Positions 7,006 to 7,945 of a DNA stretch of 7,945 nt are shown here, in pieces; the stretch's first letter is position 1, and every line of letters starts with the position of its first letter. Below the pieces are notes generated by a model that saw only the letters and a list, made by a program, of their open reading frames with translations, did no database searches and had not been told where the DNA came from. This DNA is from Octopus sinensis (taxonomy: Eukaryota), in contig NW_021828596.1 of assembly GCF_006345805.1 (NCBI RefSeq), positions 1 to 7,945 of the forward strand, written 5' to 3'. The position numbers and the translations under genes were made by a program.

Positions 7006-7236
7006 TCTATATCTTATCCTATATTTGCTTCCATCGAAAATAGCACAAAAATGTGTAGGAAATGAAGTGAGGAATGTGAGAGCCAGAAGTCCCTCCCAGA
7101 AAAGGTAGATTAAGATCAGCTATAGGGTGATACACAAGCACTTAACTACAAGTGCATTGCACTTGGTAGCAGAAACAGCTGCAAGCTAACGAATTGCAAT
7201 GCGTAATTACTTATTCTCTTGACATTTGAATTCCTC

Positions 7237-7800
7237 ATGTGTATGTATGCACGTACGAACGTATGTATGTATGTATGTATGTATGTATGTATGTATGTAC
7301 GAACGTATGTATGTATGTATGTATGTATGTATGTATGTATGTATGTATGTATGTATGTACGAACGTATGTATGTATGTATGCATGCATGCATGTATGCAC
7401 GTACGAACGTATGTATGTATGTATGTATGTATGTATGTATGTATGTATGTATGTATGTATGTATGTATGTATGTATGTATGTATGTATGCACGTACGAAC
7501 GTATGTATGTATGCACATACGAACGTATGTATGTATGTATGTATGTATGTATGTATGTATGTATGTATGTATGTATGTATGTATGCATGCATGTATGCAC
7601 GTACGAACGTATGTATGTATGTATGTATGTATGTATGTATGTATGTATGTATGTATGTATGTATGTATGCACGTACGAACGTATGTATGTACATATGTAT
7701 GTATGTATGTATGCATACATGTATGTATGTATGCATACATGTTTGTATGTATGTATGCATGCATGTATGTATGGTATGTATGTATGTATGTATGTATGTA
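7237..7800. repeat. (ATGT)n tetranucleotide array with in-register ATGC/ACGT/ACGA variant units
   Basis: ACGAAC at 7255, 7299, 7359, 7403, 7495, 7519, 7603 and 7675; all spacings are multiples of 4. Confidence 0.95.
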
Positions 7801-7882
7801 GTGTGTGTGGGTGGGTGCGTGTGTGTGGTGTGTGTGTGTGTGGTGTGTGTGTGGTGTGTGTGTGTGTGTGTGTGTGTGGTGT
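7801..7882. repeat. (GT)n with GG interruptions
   Basis: Direct reading of the sequence. Confidence 0.9.
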
Positions 7883-7945
7883 ACATTTCACCCTCTCTTC
7901 ACATTACTGCTTCCCATTTGCTTGGCGGACGGTCAGACCGCCATT

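Overview
Eukaryotic, gene-free, repeat-dominated window. It looks like intergenic or intronic DNA of an octopus-type (coleoid cephalopod) genome. That taxon call comes from my recollection of the interspersed repeats and is not verified. I find no credible protein-coding gene: the supplied ORFs are translations of microsatellites or SINE sequence. The window holds about a dozen pieces of three tRNA-derived SINE families, called F1, F2 and F3 here. F1 has a full copy at 2078-2480, a 3' half at 6090-6331, heads at 1895-1951(-) and 4815-4917(+), and a tail at 1-88. F2 is CORE-like, with a full copy at 5224-5562(-), two extra tandem tail units at 4922-5223, and an inverted tail at 6879-7005. F3 has a dimer at 6380-6740(-) and an old fragment at 1445-1497(+). 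Between them lie long (GT)n, (GGT)n and (ATGT)n tracts with higher-order structure. The most notable points are the mosaic triplicated SINE tail, the SINE dimer with alternative tails, a hairpin-bearing module shared by F1 and F3, several inverted SINE pairs, and a small structured GC-rich island. I see no convincing novel biological system; these findings are of modest interest.
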